Shown: positions 28,764 to 39,655, numbered from the stretch's first letter. The stretch is 64,000 nt of DNA from Candidatus Spongiisociaceae bacterium (GCA_965219685.1 CBDCOH010000002.1:2272001-2336000); one strand, 5' to 3'. Notes: generated by a model from the letters alone, not told the origin. Program-made: numbers and translations.

Positions 28764-28880
28764 GGTGTTTGGTATTAGGTGTTAGGTGTTAGGTGCGTAT
28801 AGCAGCAAGCCACCACTCACCACTCACCACTCACCACTCACCACTCACCACTCACCACTCACCACTCACCACTCACCACC
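28764..28880. repeat. Paired heptamer arrays: (GGTGTTA)-like x4.5 then (CACCACT)x10
   Basis: 28764-28795 and 28811-28880, between convergent bioY and moaE. Confidence 0.95.
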
Positions 28881-29326
28881 TAAGCGCCGGGTGACCACTC
28901 CCCGCCGCCGGGCCAGCACTCCTTCTTCCAGATGGGAGCGCGTGCCTTGAGTTCGTCGATCAGGTAGCGGGCAGCCGCGAACGCCTCGGCGCGGTGGGCG
29001 CAGGCGACGGCAACCGCCACCGACGCCTCGGTGAGTTCCACCCTCCCCACACGGTGTTCTACGACCACTTTGTCGATCGGCCAGCGCCGGGTCGCCTCGT
29101 CCACTATCTCGTCGATCTTGGCCTCCACATGACCCTCGTAGGCTTCGTACTCGAGGTGGGTGATGCCCTCTTTTCCCGGCGAGTGGTCCCGGACCGTACC
29201 AAGGAAGAGGGCAATGGCGCCGGTCGCCGGTCCGGATATCTCCCGGATCAGCATCCCGGCGTCGATCGGCTCGCCGGAAACGCGGATCCGGCGGAGGTCG
29301 GGTGCAGGTATGTCCGGCATCTCCAT
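28880..29326 (-). CDS. moaE: Molybdopterin synthase catalytic subunit
   Basis: FLGTVRD, LEYEAY, HRVG, AHRAEAF, KARAPIWKKE. Confidence 0.93.
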   Translation of the reverse strand: MEMPDIPAPDLRRIRVSGEPIDAGMLIREISGPATGAIALFLGTVRDHSPGKEGITHLEYEAYEGHVEAKIDEIVDEATRRWPIDKVVVEHRVGRVELTEASVAVAVACAHRAEAFAAARYLIDELKARAPIWKKECWPGGGEWSPGA

Positions 29327-29340
29327 AGAATACGCAGTCT

Positions 29341-30594
29341 ATGGATGGCATCGATCAGCCGTCGCCTTCACCTTCCGGCGCAGACAGCGGCGACCCGTCA
29401 CAACGCCGGACCCGGGACACGGGACATTCCCATACCGCGCTCGCGATCGGTTCCGCGTTGCTGGCAGCCGTCGCCACGACCACCGCCCTATGGCTGGCAG
29501 GTTCGTTCGACCGGGAAGTGGTGCAGATCACAGAGATCGTCGAGGTAAGGGAGTTCGCCGGGGCCCCGGAACCCCAGGAGACGTCCCCCCGGCTTCCGGA
29601 CACCACCGCTTCGAGCGTACCCGGACCATCGCCCGCTCCCGCAGATTCGACGGTAGCCACCACTGTTCCGGTGTTCGCGCCCACCGACCTGGTGGCCATG
29701 GTGGCCTCGCGAGCGATTCCCTCGATCGTCACCGTCCAGAACCTCGACGGGGAGTTCGGCCAGGCCGGGTCCGGAAGCGGGGTGGTAGTCCGTTCCGATG
29801 GATTCATCGTCACCAACCACCACGTGATCGATGGGGCCGACACCCTCAAGGTGATCATGTCAGACGGCCTCTCCTACCCGGCCGAGTTGGTCGGCTCAGA
29901 CCCCCTCATGGATATCGCCGTGCTGAAGGTCGGGGCCGACGACCTCCCGCATATCCGGTTCGGCTCGATGGAACGCCTACGCACCGGCGAACCCGCCATC
30001 GCCGTCGGCAACCCGTTGGGGCTCGATGGAGGCCCATCCGTTACTGCGGGCGTGATCTCGGCCTTCGACCGGAGCCTGGTGACCAACCCCCTCACCGGCG
30101 AGAGCTTGTACGGACTGCTGCAGACCGACGCTCCCATCACCCGGGGATCGAGTGGCGGCGCTCTGCTGGATGTGCACGGTCGCCTGCTCGGTATCACAAC
30201 GGCTATCGGCCTGAGCGACGTGGGCGCCGAGGGGCTGGGCTTCGCCGTTCCGGCCAACCTGGTCGAGAGAATCGTCAACGACCTCATGTCTGAAGGCGAG
30301 GTTCGCCATGCATTCCTGGGGATCAGGGGCAGTTCAGCATTCAGCGAACTCACGGACGGAGTGGAATCCCCGCTCGGGGTCGAGGTGAACCTCCTGGAAG
30401 AGTCGGCGATAGGGCGGGCGGGCGCACAGGACGGTGACGTGATCGTCGCCCTAGACGGTGTGCCCGTTAGATCAATGCCGTTGCTGGTGGCCAGGTTGCG
30501 GAGCTACCGGGCGGGTGACTCGATAACTGTGACCGTGCAAAGAGAAGACGAGACCCTCGACCTCGACATGACACTGGATCGATACCCTTCGTGA
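29341..30594 (+). CDS. HtrA/DegP-like serine protease with PDZ
   Basis: GSGVV, TNHHV, DIAVLK, QTDAPITRGSSGG, PDZ. Confidence 0.9.
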   Translation: MDGIDQPSPSPSGADSGDPSQRRTRDTGHSHTALAIGSALLAAVATTTALWLAGSFDREVVQITEIVEVREFAGAPEPQETSPRLPDTTASSVPGPSPAPADSTVATTVPVFAPTDLVAMVASRAIPSIVTVQNLDGEFGQAGSGSGVVVRSDGFIVTNHHVIDGADTLKVIMSDGLSYPAELVGSDPLMDIAVLKVGADDLPHIRFGSMERLRTGEPAIAVGNPLGLDGGPSVTAGVISAFDRSLVTNPLTGESLYGLLQTDAPITRGSSGGALLDVHGRLLGITTAIGLSDVGAEGLGFAVPANLVERIVNDLMSEGEVRHAFLGIRGSSAFSELTDGVESPLGVEVNLLEESAIGRAGAQDGDVIVALDGVPVRSMPLLVARLRSYRAGDSITVTVQREDETLDLDMTLDRYPS

Positions 30595-30647
30595 TGCGAT
30601 CGGAGTGCCGGTCGAATAGGCTCACCTCAGCCTGACGGGAACCAAGG

Positions 30648-31745
30648 ATGCAGGACCGAAACATTCTCGAGGAGTTCATGAAGCTCCTGAACCAACCGGG
30701 ACCCGTCAACTGGGCCTTGGCCACCCAGTTGGCCGATCATCTGGCCGGCCCACCCGAGCCACTCGACCCCTGGCTTGCGGAGGAGTACCTCGAATTGGCC
30801 CGCTACGCCCGCCTGCGATTCACCCAAGCGACCGGTGTCCCGTCAGATCCGATGGCCGACGCCGTCCTGGTGGATCGTAAGGGATGGACGCAACACAACC
30901 TCAAATCGTTTTCCTACATCGCCGAGCCGTTGGCCGCCAAGCTGGCCGGATCGGCGGGTCCCGGTCCGCTGGACGCGGTTCTCAGGCAACTGGGACCGGC
31001 CCTCCTGGGCATGCAGGTGGGCGCGATGGTGGGAATGATGAGCGAGGGAGCACTCGGTCTGTTCGATGCCGGCCTTCCTACCGCCCAACCATCGGGGATC
31101 GTCTTTCTGGTTCCGAACATCGAGACCTTCGCCGGCGAGTCCGGGCTCGATGCCCGGCAGGTCCGCCTGTGGTCAGCACTCCACGAGGTGGTTCATGACG
31201 CCTTGGCCGGCCATGCCTGGGTCCGGCCTCATGTGGTCGGGCTGTTCAAGGAACTGACCGCATCGGTGGAACTCGATCCCGAGACCTTGAGCGGTTGGCA
31301 AGAGCACCTGACCGATCCGGCCAAGCTGGAGGCAAGCCTTTCCCAGGGCGGCGGGTTCCCCGCCCTGTTCGGCGGCCCCCTCCAGGACGACCGCCTGGAG
31401 GACCTTCGGAGGTTCATCACGGTCATGGACGGCTACGGCTCGTATCTCGTCGAACGTGCTTCGGCCGGACTGCTGCCCGAGCTTGGCTCGATCAGGAGGG
31501 CCATGTCGTCGCGCGGGCGTGACCGTAGCGGTCACGCCCTACTAGGTGGAATGTTCAGGTTGGAGACAACTGCGGGCACGCATGGCCCGGCCGCGGCGTT
31601 CTGCACGGAAGTGGAGAAGAGGTGGGGCGATGCGGCGGTCCGAAGGGTATGGGAGCGACCGGAGAACCTGCCGGTAGCGGAAGAACTCAACGACGTGACC
31701 GGGTGGGCGGCGCGGGTCTTGCTGGACGACCCGTTCACCCTGTAG
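30648..31745 (+). CDS. Zinc-dependent metalloprotease (DUF2342-like)
   Basis: VNWALA, LVPNIE, HEVVH, VWERPENLP. Confidence 0.8.
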   Translation: MQDRNILEEFMKLLNQPGPVNWALATQLADHLAGPPEPLDPWLAEEYLELARYARLRFTQATGVPSDPMADAVLVDRKGWTQHNLKSFSYIAEPLAAKLAGSAGPGPLDAVLRQLGPALLGMQVGAMVGMMSEGALGLFDAGLPTAQPSGIVFLVPNIETFAGESGLDARQVRLWSALHEVVHDALAGHAWVRPHVVGLFKELTASVELDPETLSGWQEHLTDPAKLEASLSQGGGFPALFGGPLQDDRLEDLRRFITVMDGYGSYLVERASAGLLPELGSIRRAMSSRGRDRSGHALLGGMFRLETTAGTHGPAAAFCTEVEKRWGDAAVRRVWERPENLPVAEELNDVTGWAARVLLDDPFTL

Positions 31746-31771
31746 GGAGGGTCTCCCGGACAGCTAGATCA

Positions 31772-31807
31772 TTGGTTCCTAGTCGGTAGTCTCTAGTTGC
31801 TAGTTGG
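31772..31807 (+). repeat. Degenerate heptamer array (TAGTYSS-like)
   Basis: TTGGTTCC TAGTCGG TAGTCTC TAGTTGC TAGTTGG. Confidence 0.6.
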
Positions 31808-31990
31808 AAACCAGTGGTTAACGTTAAAGTAGAGCGATCACTGGTTACGATCGCTTGTTGGTCAGATCCCCTGGAACTGCTCCTCTCGGCCGGCCGCACC
31901 ATGTGTACGTAGCGGACTTCCGGCGAACGCGTTGCCAGATGAACGGTAGAGCGCCAGACGGCCAACCGACAACGGCCGCTGTCTGCTCAA

Positions 31991-32040
31991 AGCCGGGGCC
32001 GTCCGGGGCTACCGCCTCCGTGCAGGGGACGGGCCCGGCT
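31991..32040 (-). terminator. GC-rich hairpin downstream of tatA
   Basis: AGCCGGG(G)CCGTCC ... GGACGG(G)CCCGGCT inverted repeat. Confidence 0.45.
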
Positions 32041-32041
32041 C

Positions 32042-32281
32042 TCAGCCGGGTCGGGCTTCGGTCTCCGAACTGGTGGTCGCGGAAGTCGTCTGGGCCGTGG
32101 CCGTCACCTGGCCGGCCGTGCCGTCCTCGGGATCCCCCAACCGACCCTCCTCGACACCCTTGCGGAACTCGCGGGCCGAGCTACCGAGTGAGCGGGCAAG
32201 TTCAGGAAGTTTCTTGGCTCCGAAGAGCAGGATCACAACCACGAGGATGATGATGATCTCGCCGCCGCCTATCTTGGGCAT
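32042..32281 (-). CDS. tatA: Twin-arginine translocase subunit TatA/E
   Basis: EIIIILVVVILLFGAKKLPELARSLG. Confidence 0.95.
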   Translation of the reverse strand: MPKIGGGEIIIILVVVILLFGAKKLPELARSLGSSAREFRKGVEEGRLGDPEDGTAGQVTATAQTTSATTSSETEARPG

Positions 32282-32386
32282 TCGCTGTCCTCCCTTCCTC
32301 GGACGCGTGATGTTACCACCGGCATATGGCTAGCGATCAGAGATCGTAGAGTGCTTAGAATCCATCCGCCGGGAGGAGGGCTGGGA

Positions 32387-33745
32387 CTAGCCCGCCAACC
32401 AAGCCTCCCAAGCGGCGATCGCAGCCTCGATCTCTTCCGCCTCCACCCCGAACTCGGCAGCAGCCTGAGCGATCAACTCGTCTTCGGGTAACGTGCCATC
32501 CTGCCCGTCGCGGTATTCGAGATACCTCCGGTACAGGTCCATCTGGGTGCCTGTGGGCAGGAGTCCCCAGTCCTTTTCGACCGTGTGATTCGCGACCTGG
32601 TGTTCGGAGTAATCGCCCCTGTCGACCTCGCCGGCTCGGTTCCACTCCCCGAAGGGAGCGTGAATCCAGGTACCCAGGGTGTCGATACCCTCGGGGAAGT
32701 GCACGAAGTAGATCGCCAGCGCCTGGTACTCGTCGCTGAGCCGGTACTCGAACCCCAGCCTCTCTCCCAACTGGCCCAAATCGGACCTGGTGGTACCTGC
32801 CTCGACCTGGACCGTCAGCCAGATCCTCACGGCCCCCTCGACGCTGGAGTCCCCCTTTTCGACGACCTGGTAGTCGATGTCCGGGGCCGGCGGCACGCTA
32901 CTCTGTCCGTCCGTATCCCCCTCGGTGGTGGTGGTCGTGTCCGCTTCGGTGGTGGTGGTCGTATCACCCGCGGTGGTGGTCGTTGTCTCGGCCTCCGTGG
33001 TGGTAGTCGTATCACCCGCGGTGGTGGTCGTTGTCTCGGCCTCGGTGGTGGTGGTCGTCTCCGCCACGGTCGTGCCGGTCGTGGGTAGCGACACCTCTGC
33101 CCCCCGGCCGATGATCTGCACTATCCGGTCGAACGCGCCTGCGAATCGTTCGTACGCCACGAGGAACTCGGCGACGGCGGCCCTCCGGCGCTCGCCGGTG
33201 TCGGGCGAACGCAATCCGGCCAGGGCGTCGGTTGCCGCATCGGCCATCTGGCCCAGTGCTACCCAAGCGGTCTGATGTTCCACCGGCAGGCCGCGATCCG
33301 GCGGCGGTTCGATCAACCCTATGTCGTCGCGCAGGGCGAGGGCCCGGGCCTCGATATCCACCAGTCTCTCTTCCGTTTGCGAGTAGGTCGCTCCACTCTC
33401 GGATCGGTTGTCCCAATCGTTGTTGGCGGACCTCATGTCCAGCACCAACTCGCCCACCCGTACGGCTATGCCCTGCATGTCCTGCAGGTAGTTGAGAACC
33501 TCTCGATTCGGGAAGGGCTCGGTGGTGGGAGTGGTGGTCGGTTGCGTTTCGGACACCGGAGACGTGGTGTCCACCACGGGGGTGGTGGTCGGGGTCGTCG
33601 CCCTCGTCGTGACGGTCGCCGCGGAGGTGTCCGGCTCTGCCCCGGGGTCGTCTCCGCACGCCGTGACGGCCACCAGCACGGACACTAGAGCGACCGCGAC
33701 CGTGGCCCTGCGAACGAGGGAAGAGAGAAGTTGTCCGTTCCGCAC
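32387..33745 (-). CDS. Putative lipoprotein with Thr-rich repeats
   Basis: Lipobox VTA-C; repeated (E/D)TTTTT(E/A)(A/G) units; start inferred at GTG 33745. Confidence 0.65.
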   Translation of the reverse strand: MRNGQLLSSLVRRATVAVALVSVLVAVTACGDDPGAEPDTSAATVTTRATTPTTTPVVDTTSPVSETQPTTTPTTEPFPNREVLNYLQDMQGIAVRVGELVLDMRSANNDWDNRSESGATYSQTEERLVDIEARALALRDDIGLIEPPPDRGLPVEHQTAWVALGQMADAATDALAGLRSPDTGERRRAAVAEFLVAYERFAGAFDRIVQIIGRGAEVSLPTTGTTVAETTTTTEAETTTTTAGDTTTTTEAETTTTTAGDTTTTTEADTTTTTEGDTDGQSSVPPAPDIDYQVVEKGDSSVEGAVRIWLTVQVEAGTTRSDLGQLGERLGFEYRLSDEYQALAIYFVHFPEGIDTLGTWIHAPFGEWNRAGEVDRGDYSEHQVANHTVEKDWGLLPTGTQMDLYRRYLEYRDGQDGTLPEDELIAQAAAEFGVEAEEIEAAIAAWEAWLAG

Positions 33746-33786
33746 GCCCCTACTGTAACCGCTGGAGACAGGTAGGTCCGGGAGAA

Positions 33787-34080
33787 TCAGGACACCGCAC
33801 GCTCTAGCGCTTCCTGAGCGCGCTGCTTCCTGATCTTCCGCCGCTCCCGCTCGGACAGACCGCCCCAGATCCCGAACTTCTCGCCTCTCGTGACGGCATA
33901 CTCGAGGCAGTCCACCCTCACTTGGCATGCCGCGCAGATCTGCTTGGCGACCCGGGTCGAAGCACCGCGGTCCGGAAAGAACAGGTCCTCGTTGGCGCCC
34001 AGACAGTTGGCGTAGTCCTTCCAACCGAGTGGACCGATCGCCAAGGCGTCAATCAATTCACGGCGCACTACGGTCTCCAC
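33787..34080 (-). CDS. whiB: WhiB-family Fe-S transcription factor (WhiB/WhiB2-like)
   Basis: Four Cys, LFFP.RG.S, GIWGGLSERERR. Confidence 0.92.
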   Translation of the reverse strand: METVVRRELIDALAIGPLGWKDYANCLGANEDLFFPDRGASTRVAKQICAACQVRVDCLEYAVTRGEKFGIWGGLSERERRKIRKQRAQEALERAVS

Positions 34081-34091
34081 TACATAGATGC

Positions 34092-34109
34092 AATTACAGC
34101 TATGTAATT
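34092..34109. promoter_or_regulatory. AATnACA-N4-TGTnATT palindrome (McdR/BldO-type box)
   Basis: AATTACAGCTATGTAATT just upstream of whiB. Confidence 0.75.
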
Positions 34110-34184
34110 ATCACTGGAACCCCGGAGGAAGTCAAGTCCGGACGCGACTCCCGGCGGCCTCCGGTGGACCTGTAGACTGACAGC

Positions 34185-34928
34185 ATGTCACTCCCAAGAC
34201 TCCGGGGGCGCAAGCGGGAGCGGCGCCCGATGTGGCTCGCCGAAATCTACCGGACCGACACGGGCAAGAAGTATGCCATGGCGATTAGCGGCATTGCCCT
34301 GCTGCTATTCGTGTTCGGGCACATGATCGGGAACCTCCACACCTTCGAGGGCGCCCACGACGGCGTCTTCAGGATCGACGAGTACGGGGAAGCGCTCAGG
34401 GACCTGGGAGAACCCCTGTTCCCACGAACGCTGGTGCTCTGGGCCTTCTTCCGGTTGCCGCTCGCGGCCGCCTTCGCCATCCACATCCACTCCGCTTGGG
34501 CGCTGACCAGGAGCAACTCGGCCGCCCGGGACACCAAGTACCAGGCGCCGAGGGATTACCTGGCAGCCAACTACGCGAGTCGCACGATGCGCTGGAGCGG
34601 AATCATCGTGCTCCTCTTCCTGGTCTGGCACCTTGCGGACCTGACTATTGGCATCGCGGCCGTAAACCCCGACTTCCAGCGGGGAATGGTCTATCACAAC
34701 CTCGTGTCCAGCCTGAGCCGCTGGCCCGTCTGGATTCTCTACGTCGGTGCGCAGCTGGCTCTTGCGTTCCACATCTGGCACGGCGCTTGGAGTCTCTTCC
34801 AGAGCCTCGGTGTCAACAATCCCCGCTTCAACCGGTACCGCAGGACCTTCGCCAACGTCTTCTCGGCTGTGGTCGTCGCCGGCTTCATCTCCGTGCCGCT
34901 CGCGGTGGCGCTCGACGTCGTCCGGTAG
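34185..34928 (+). CDS. sdhC: Succinate dehydrogenase cytochrome b subunit
   Basis: KKYAMAISG, HMIGNL, ASRTMRWSG, HIWHG. Confidence 0.9.
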   Translation: MSLPRLRGRKRERRPMWLAEIYRTDTGKKYAMAISGIALLLFVFGHMIGNLHTFEGAHDGVFRIDEYGEALRDLGEPLFPRTLVLWAFFRLPLAAAFAIHIHSAWALTRSNSAARDTKYQAPRDYLAANYASRTMRWSGIIVLLFLVWHLADLTIGIAAVNPDFQRGMVYHNLVSSLSRWPVWILYVGAQLALAFHIWHGAWSLFQSLGVNNPRFNRYRRTFANVFSAVVVAGFISVPLAVALDVVR

Positions 34929-34940
34929 GGACGCGACGAG

Positions 34941-36857
34941 GTGCAAGTGCTGGACGCACGAACCCCGCTGGGACCCATCGAGGATCGCTGGGACAACCAC
35001 AGATTCTCGATGAAACTGGTCAACCCCGCCAACAAGCGCCGCTTCGATGTCATCGTCGTGGGTACAGGACTCGCGGGCGCGTCGGCAGCGGCCACACTCG
35101 GAGAACTGGGCTACAGCGTCAAGGCCTTCACGTACCACGACTCGGCGCGGCGCGCCCATTCCATCGCCGCCCAGGGAGGCATCAACGCCGCCAAGAACTA
35201 CGCCAACGACGGGGACTCCGTGTTCCGCCTCTTCTACGACACTGTCAAGGGGGGCGACTACCGGTCCCGCGAGTCGAACGTCTACCGGCTGGCGCAGCTG
35301 TCGCTGGAGATCATCGACCAATGCACCGCCCAAGGCGTTCCTTTCGCCCGAGAGTACGGGGGGCTGCTCGCCAACCGCTCCTTCGGCGGTGCTCAGGTCT
35401 CGCGGACCTTCTACGCCAGGGGGCAGACGGGCCAGCAACTCCTACTCGGCGCCTATCAGGCGATGATGCGCCAGGTCGACCTGGGCACAGTGGAACTGCA
35501 CACGCAGACCGAGATGCTCGACGTGGTGGTCAAGGAAGGACGAGCGGTGGGCATTATCACGCGCGATCTGGTGAACGGCCAGGTCAGATCGCACTCGGCC
35601 CACGCCGTTCTACTCGCCACCGGTGGCTACAGCAACGTCTTCTATCTCTCTACGAACGCGATGAAGTGCAACGTCACGGCCATCTGGAGAGCCCACCGGA
35701 AGGGTGCCCTGTTCGCGAACCCCTGTTTCACGCAGATCCATCCCACGTGCATTCCCGCCTCCGACGAGTTCCAGTCCAAGCTGACCCTGATGTCCGAGTC
35801 GCTCCGCAACGACGGACGCATCTGGGTTCCCCGCCGCCCGCGGGACGAGCGTGAGCCCGGAGACATCCCGGAGTCCGAGCGTGACTACTACCTGGAGAGG
35901 CGCTATCCGGCGTTCGGCAACCTGGTCCCTCGGGACGTGGCATCCCGCGCGGCGAAGCTCGAAGTAGACGGGATGAAGGGGGTGGGACCACTCAGGAACG
36001 GCGTGTATCTCGACTTCGAGGAACCCATCTCCCGCCTGGGCGAGGACCTGATCCGCGAGCGTTACGGGAACCTCTTCGACATGTACCTGAGGATCACCGG
36101 CGAGAACCCCTACAAGGTACCGATGCGCATCTATCCGGCAGTTCACTACACGATGGGCGGCCTGTGGGTGGACTACAACCTGATGACCACGATTCCGGGC
36201 CTATACGCACTCGGAGAGGCCAACTTCTCCGATCATGGCGCCAACCGCCTGGGAGCCTCGGCCCTGATGCAAGGATTGGCGGACGGCTATTTCGTCGTTC
36301 CGTACACGATTGCCGACTACCTGGCCCCCCTCCTCGGGGACAAGGCTGTGCCTACGGACGATCCTGCGTTCCGGCAAGCCGAGTCCGGCATCATCGACGA
36401 CACCGGGCGCTATCTCTCGATAGGGGGAACCCGGTCGGTGGATTGGTTCCATCGGGAACTCGGCAAGATCGTCTGGCAGTACTGCGGCATGGAGCGGAAC
36501 GCACCGGGACTCGAGCGGGCCATCTCCGACATCGAAGCCCTCAAGGGTGAGTTCGATACCGATCTCCGAGTGCTGGGCGACAGCGACTCACTCAACCAGT
36601 CGCTGGAGAAGGCTGCCCGGGTGAACGACTTCTTCGAGTTGGCGGTACTCATGTGTCGGGACGCTCTGAACAGGGAAGAGTCATGCGGAGGCCATTTCCG
36701 GGCGGAGCACAAGACGGCGGAGGGCGAGGCCCTGCGCGACGACGAGCGCTTCAGTTACGTGGCGGCCTGGGAGTGGGCCGGAGGGGCAGTCCCGACCGTG
36801 CACCGTGAGGACCTGGACTTCGAGTACGCCCAGCCGAGCCAGCGCAGCTACAAGTAG
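34941..36857 (+). CDS. sdhA: Succinate dehydrogenase/fumarate reductase flavoprotein
   Basis: [35 protein letters not shown]. Confidence 0.95.
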   Translation: MQVLDARTPLGPIEDRWDNHRFSMKLVNPANKRRFDVIVVGTGLAGASAAATLGELGYSVKAFTYHDSARRAHSIAAQGGINAAKNYANDGDSVFRLFYDTVKGGDYRSRESNVYRLAQLSLEIIDQCTAQGVPFAREYGGLLANRSFGGAQVSRTFYARGQTGQQLLLGAYQAMMRQVDLGTVELHTQTEMLDVVVKEGRAVGIITRDLVNGQVRSHSAHAVLLATGGYSNVFYLSTNAMKCNVTAIWRAHRKGALFANPCFTQIHPTCIPASDEFQSKLTLMSESLRNDGRIWVPRRPRDEREPGDIPESERDYYLERRYPAFGNLVPRDVASRAAKLEVDGMKGVGPLRNGVYLDFEEPISRLGEDLIRERYGNLFDMYLRITGENPYKVPMRIYPAVHYTMGGLWVDYNLMTTIPGLYALGEANFSDHGANRLGASALMQGLADGYFVVPYTIADYLAPLLGDKAVPTDDPAFRQAESGIIDDTGRYLSIGGTRSVDWFHRELGKIVWQYCGMERNAPGLERAISDIEALKGEFDTDLRVLGDSDSLNQSLEKAARVNDFFELAVLMCRDALNREESCGGHFRAEHKTAEGEALRDDERFSYVAAWEWAGGAVPTVHREDLDFEYAQPSQRSYK

Positions 36858-36866
36858 GGGGAGCAG

Positions 36867-37628
36867 ATGGATCTGACGTTGAGGGTGTGGCGGCAGGAGG
36901 GCCCTGACGACGAGGGACGCTTCGAGACGTACGAGGCCGCCGCCATCAGCGAGGACATGTCCTTCCTCGAGATGCTGGATGTCGTGAACGAGAGCCTGGT
37001 GACAGCCGGGCGGGAACCGATCGCCTTCGATCATGATTGCCGGGAGGGCATCTGTGGCACCTGCGGGCTCATGATCAACGGGCGCGCCCATGGACCGCAG
37101 GCCAGCACAGCCACCTGCCAACTTCACATGCGGGAGTTCAGCGACGGCGACACCATCTTCATCGAGCCGTGGCGCGCTACCGCCTTTCCGGTCATCCGTG
37201 ATCTGGTGGTGGATCGGACCGCATTCGATCACATCATCGAAGCAGGCGGCTACATCAGCGCCCCAACAGGATCGGCCCCCGAGGCGAACCTCATCCCCGT
37301 CCCCAAGGAGACGGCGGATGCCGCCATGGACGCGGCCGCCTGCATCGGCTGCGCCGCCTGTGTCGCAGCATGCCCCAACGGCGCGGCCCAACTCTTCACT
37401 GCCGCAAAGGTCGCCCACCTAAACCTGCTGCCGCAAGGGGGGCCGGAGCGCTGGCAACGCGTGGAGCGGATGGTGGAGACGATGGAGCGATACTTCGGCT
37501 CCTGCACGAACCACGGCGAATGCGAGAGCGCATGCCCTAAGGACATCTCGCTCGACAACATCGCTCTCATGAACCGCGACTACCTGCAGGCGAAGCTCCG
37601 GAATCGCAAGCTGGCAGGACAGCGGTGA
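36867..37628 (+). CDS. sdhB: Succinate dehydrogenase Fe-S subunit
   Basis: [33 protein letters not shown]. Confidence 0.95.
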   Translation: MDLTLRVWRQEGPDDEGRFETYEAAAISEDMSFLEMLDVVNESLVTAGREPIAFDHDCREGICGTCGLMINGRAHGPQASTATCQLHMREFSDGDTIFIEPWRATAFPVIRDLVVDRTAFDHIIEAGGYISAPTGSAPEANLIPVPKETADAAMDAAACIGCAACVAACPNGAAQLFTAAKVAHLNLLPQGGPERWQRVERMVETMERYFGSCTNHGECESACPKDISLDNIALMNRDYLQAKLRNRKLAGQR

Positions 37629-37757
37629 GTGGTGAATGGTGAATGGTGAATGGTGAATGGTGAATGGTGAATGGTGGGGTTCTAGTACATCACGAAACAC
37701 GGATCAACCAAGCACAAGCCAACTAGCCACAACCCACTAGCTGCAAGCTACCAACTA
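37624..37757. repeat. (GGTGART)x7.5 array plus degenerate CA-rich heptamers
   Basis: 37624-37676 includes the sdhB TGA; CAAGCAC/CAACTAG-like units at 37708-37757. Confidence 0.9.
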
Positions 37758-37770
37758 CGGAGGACTGTCC

Positions 37771-38160
37771 ATGGGAGTCAAGTTCCTAACCGCCGAATGG
37801 GCGGAGGCCGCAACGGAGGCCTTGTCCGATCATGGTAGGTTCGCATCCGCCATCGAGGGGGTTAACCTGGCGCTCCAGTTCGAGGTGGCCGGCTGTCCAG
37901 CCAACGCGGAGACTTCATACCACGTCAAGGTGGCGAACGGATCCGCAGCCATCAGGATGGGCACAGCCAGGAAAGCTGACATCTCGGTGAGCACCGACTA
38001 CCCGGTTGCTGTTGCTATCTCCAAGGGTGAACTGAACGTTCAGACAGCCTTCTTTGCGGGAAAGCTGAGGGTGAACGGAAACCTCGCCAAGCTCATGCTG
38101 CACCAAGCAGCTCTCGGACCGCTGGCAGCAGCCGTATCCACGCTCGACGTCGAGTATTGA
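37771..38160 (+). CDS. SCP2 sterol-binding domain protein
   Basis: KFLTAEW...GELNVQTAFFAGKLRVNGNLAKLM. Confidence 0.85.
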   Translation: MGVKFLTAEWAEAATEALSDHGRFASAIEGVNLALQFEVAGCPANAETSYHVKVANGSAAIRMGTARKADISVSTDYPVAVAISKGELNVQTAFFAGKLRVNGNLAKLMLHQAALGPLAAAVSTLDVEY

Positions 38161-38227
38161 GTAGTGAATGGTGAATAGTGAATAGTGAATGGTCGCACCC
38201 ACTCACTACTCACTACTCACTACTAAC
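38158..38227. repeat. Paired complementary heptamer arrays (TRGTGAR / CTCACTA)
   Basis: 38158-38193 and 38199-38227 between convergent SCP2 and HU genes; partly self-complementary. Confidence 0.9.
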
Positions 38228-38498
38228 TATTCACGGTCTCCTTCAGCGACCGGGAGGCCTTGAACGTGGGAGCCCTGCTCGCGGCAATCGGTAGGGGTTC
38301 TCCCGTGCGGGGATTGCGTCCCATCCGAGCGGGGCGTTCGCGCACATCGAAAGTTCCGAACCCCGTAACCTGAACCCGGACCCCGTCCTTGAGAGCAGCG
38401 GCGATCGCATTGAAGATGGAGTCGACCCCGGCCGCGGCACGTGCCCTCGACATTCCCGTCTCGTAAGCCACTATGTAGGCTAGGTCCTTCTTGTTCAT
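38223..38498 (-). CDS. hup: HU family DNA-binding protein
   Basis: MNKKDL, GFGTF, RMGRNPRTGE, PTFKAS. Confidence 0.93.
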   Translation of the reverse strand: MNKKDLAYIVAYETGMSRARAAAGVDSIFNAIAAALKDGVRVQVTGFGTFDVRERPARMGRNPRTGEPLPIAASRAPTFKASRSLKETVNS

Positions 38499-38664
38499 AC
38501 GAACTCCTCCGTCTCTGCAAGCGGTCTCCACGAGATCGACAGCTTCCGGATGTTACGGCGTCCCGCGTCTATCGCAATCCAGTCCGTGATCGCTGGGGAA
38601 CGCATCGGCATGTTGACGCCTCCACGCGACGATCCTGCACTCTGGCAGAACCATGGCCTCGGGT

Positions 38665-39618
38665 TCAATCCACCACGAGCTCGGCGAGCTCAGCCACCTT
38701 TGCCCTCACCGCGTCCGCGGCCTCGTGCAGGTCATGTCTCTCCCTATCGGTCAGGGGCAACTCGAGGATCTCCTCCACACCCCCCGCCCCGAGTCTCGCG
38801 GGAACGCCGAGGTACACGTCCGAGACGCCGTACTGGCCCGTCAACCAGGCACAGACCGGAGCGGTGTACGGATCGTCGTTCAGGACCGCCCGCGCCATGA
38901 CGGCCGCAGCGGACGACGGGGCATAGTAGGCACTTCCCGTTCTCAGCAGCCCGACGATCTCCGCTCCCCCGGCCCGAGTGCGCTCCACCAAGGCGTCGAT
39001 CTCGTTCTCGGGCAGGAGTTCGACCAATGGTGTGTCACGAACGAAGCACTGCGAGGGAACAGGCACCATGGTGTCACCGTGACTACCCAGAGTCAGCGCC
39101 CTGACGGAAAGGACATCGGCGCCGAGCCGCTCGGCTATGAAGTGGGCGAACCTAGCGGAGTCGAGGATTCCGGCCTGGCCCATGACCCTGTGCCGCGGAA
39201 GGCCGCTGACGTCGGCGGCCAGGAGGGTCATCTGGTCAAGTGGGTTGGTGACCACGATGATCGTCACGTCGGGCGAGCGCGCCACCAACTCCTCCGTCAC
39301 CTGCTTGACGATGCGGGCGTTGACGGCGAGGAGGTCCATCCGCGACATACCCGGCTTGCGGGGAAGGCCGGCCGTGATGATGGCCACGTCACTCCCCGCA
39401 GTCGCCTCGTAGTCGTTGGTCCCGATAACCAGGGTCCGGTAGCCTTCGATCGGCCGGGACTGGTTCATGTCGAGGGCCAGACCCTGCGGGAGTCCCTCGA
39501 CTATGTCGGTCATGACCACCTCGTCGGCGATGTCCCATCCGGCGAGTCTCTGCACGGCGGTCGACCCGTACTTGCCCGCCCCAACGACTGTGATCTTCTT
39601 CGTTGCGTCGTTCCCCAT
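38665..39618 (-). CDS. mdh: Malate dehydrogenase (LDH-like)
   Basis: ITAGLPRKPGMSRMDLL, VTNPLD, LDSARF, GSHGD, GSAYYAP. Confidence 0.95.
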   Translation of the reverse strand: MGNDATKKITVVGAGKYGSTAVQRLAGWDIADEVVMTDIVEGLPQGLALDMNQSRPIEGYRTLVIGTNDYEATAGSDVAIITAGLPRKPGMSRMDLLAVNARIVKQVTEELVARSPDVTIIVVTNPLDQMTLLAADVSGLPRHRVMGQAGILDSARFAHFIAERLGADVLSVRALTLGSHGDTMVPVPSQCFVRDTPLVELLPENEIDALVERTRAGGAEIVGLLRTGSAYYAPSSAAAVMARAVLNDDPYTAPVCAWLTGQYGVSDVYLGVPARLGAGGVEEILELPLTDRERHDLHEAADAVRAKVAELAELVVD

Positions 39619-39655
39619 TCAGTTCTCCGCTGGTGTTCAGGAGTACCGCCCGATA

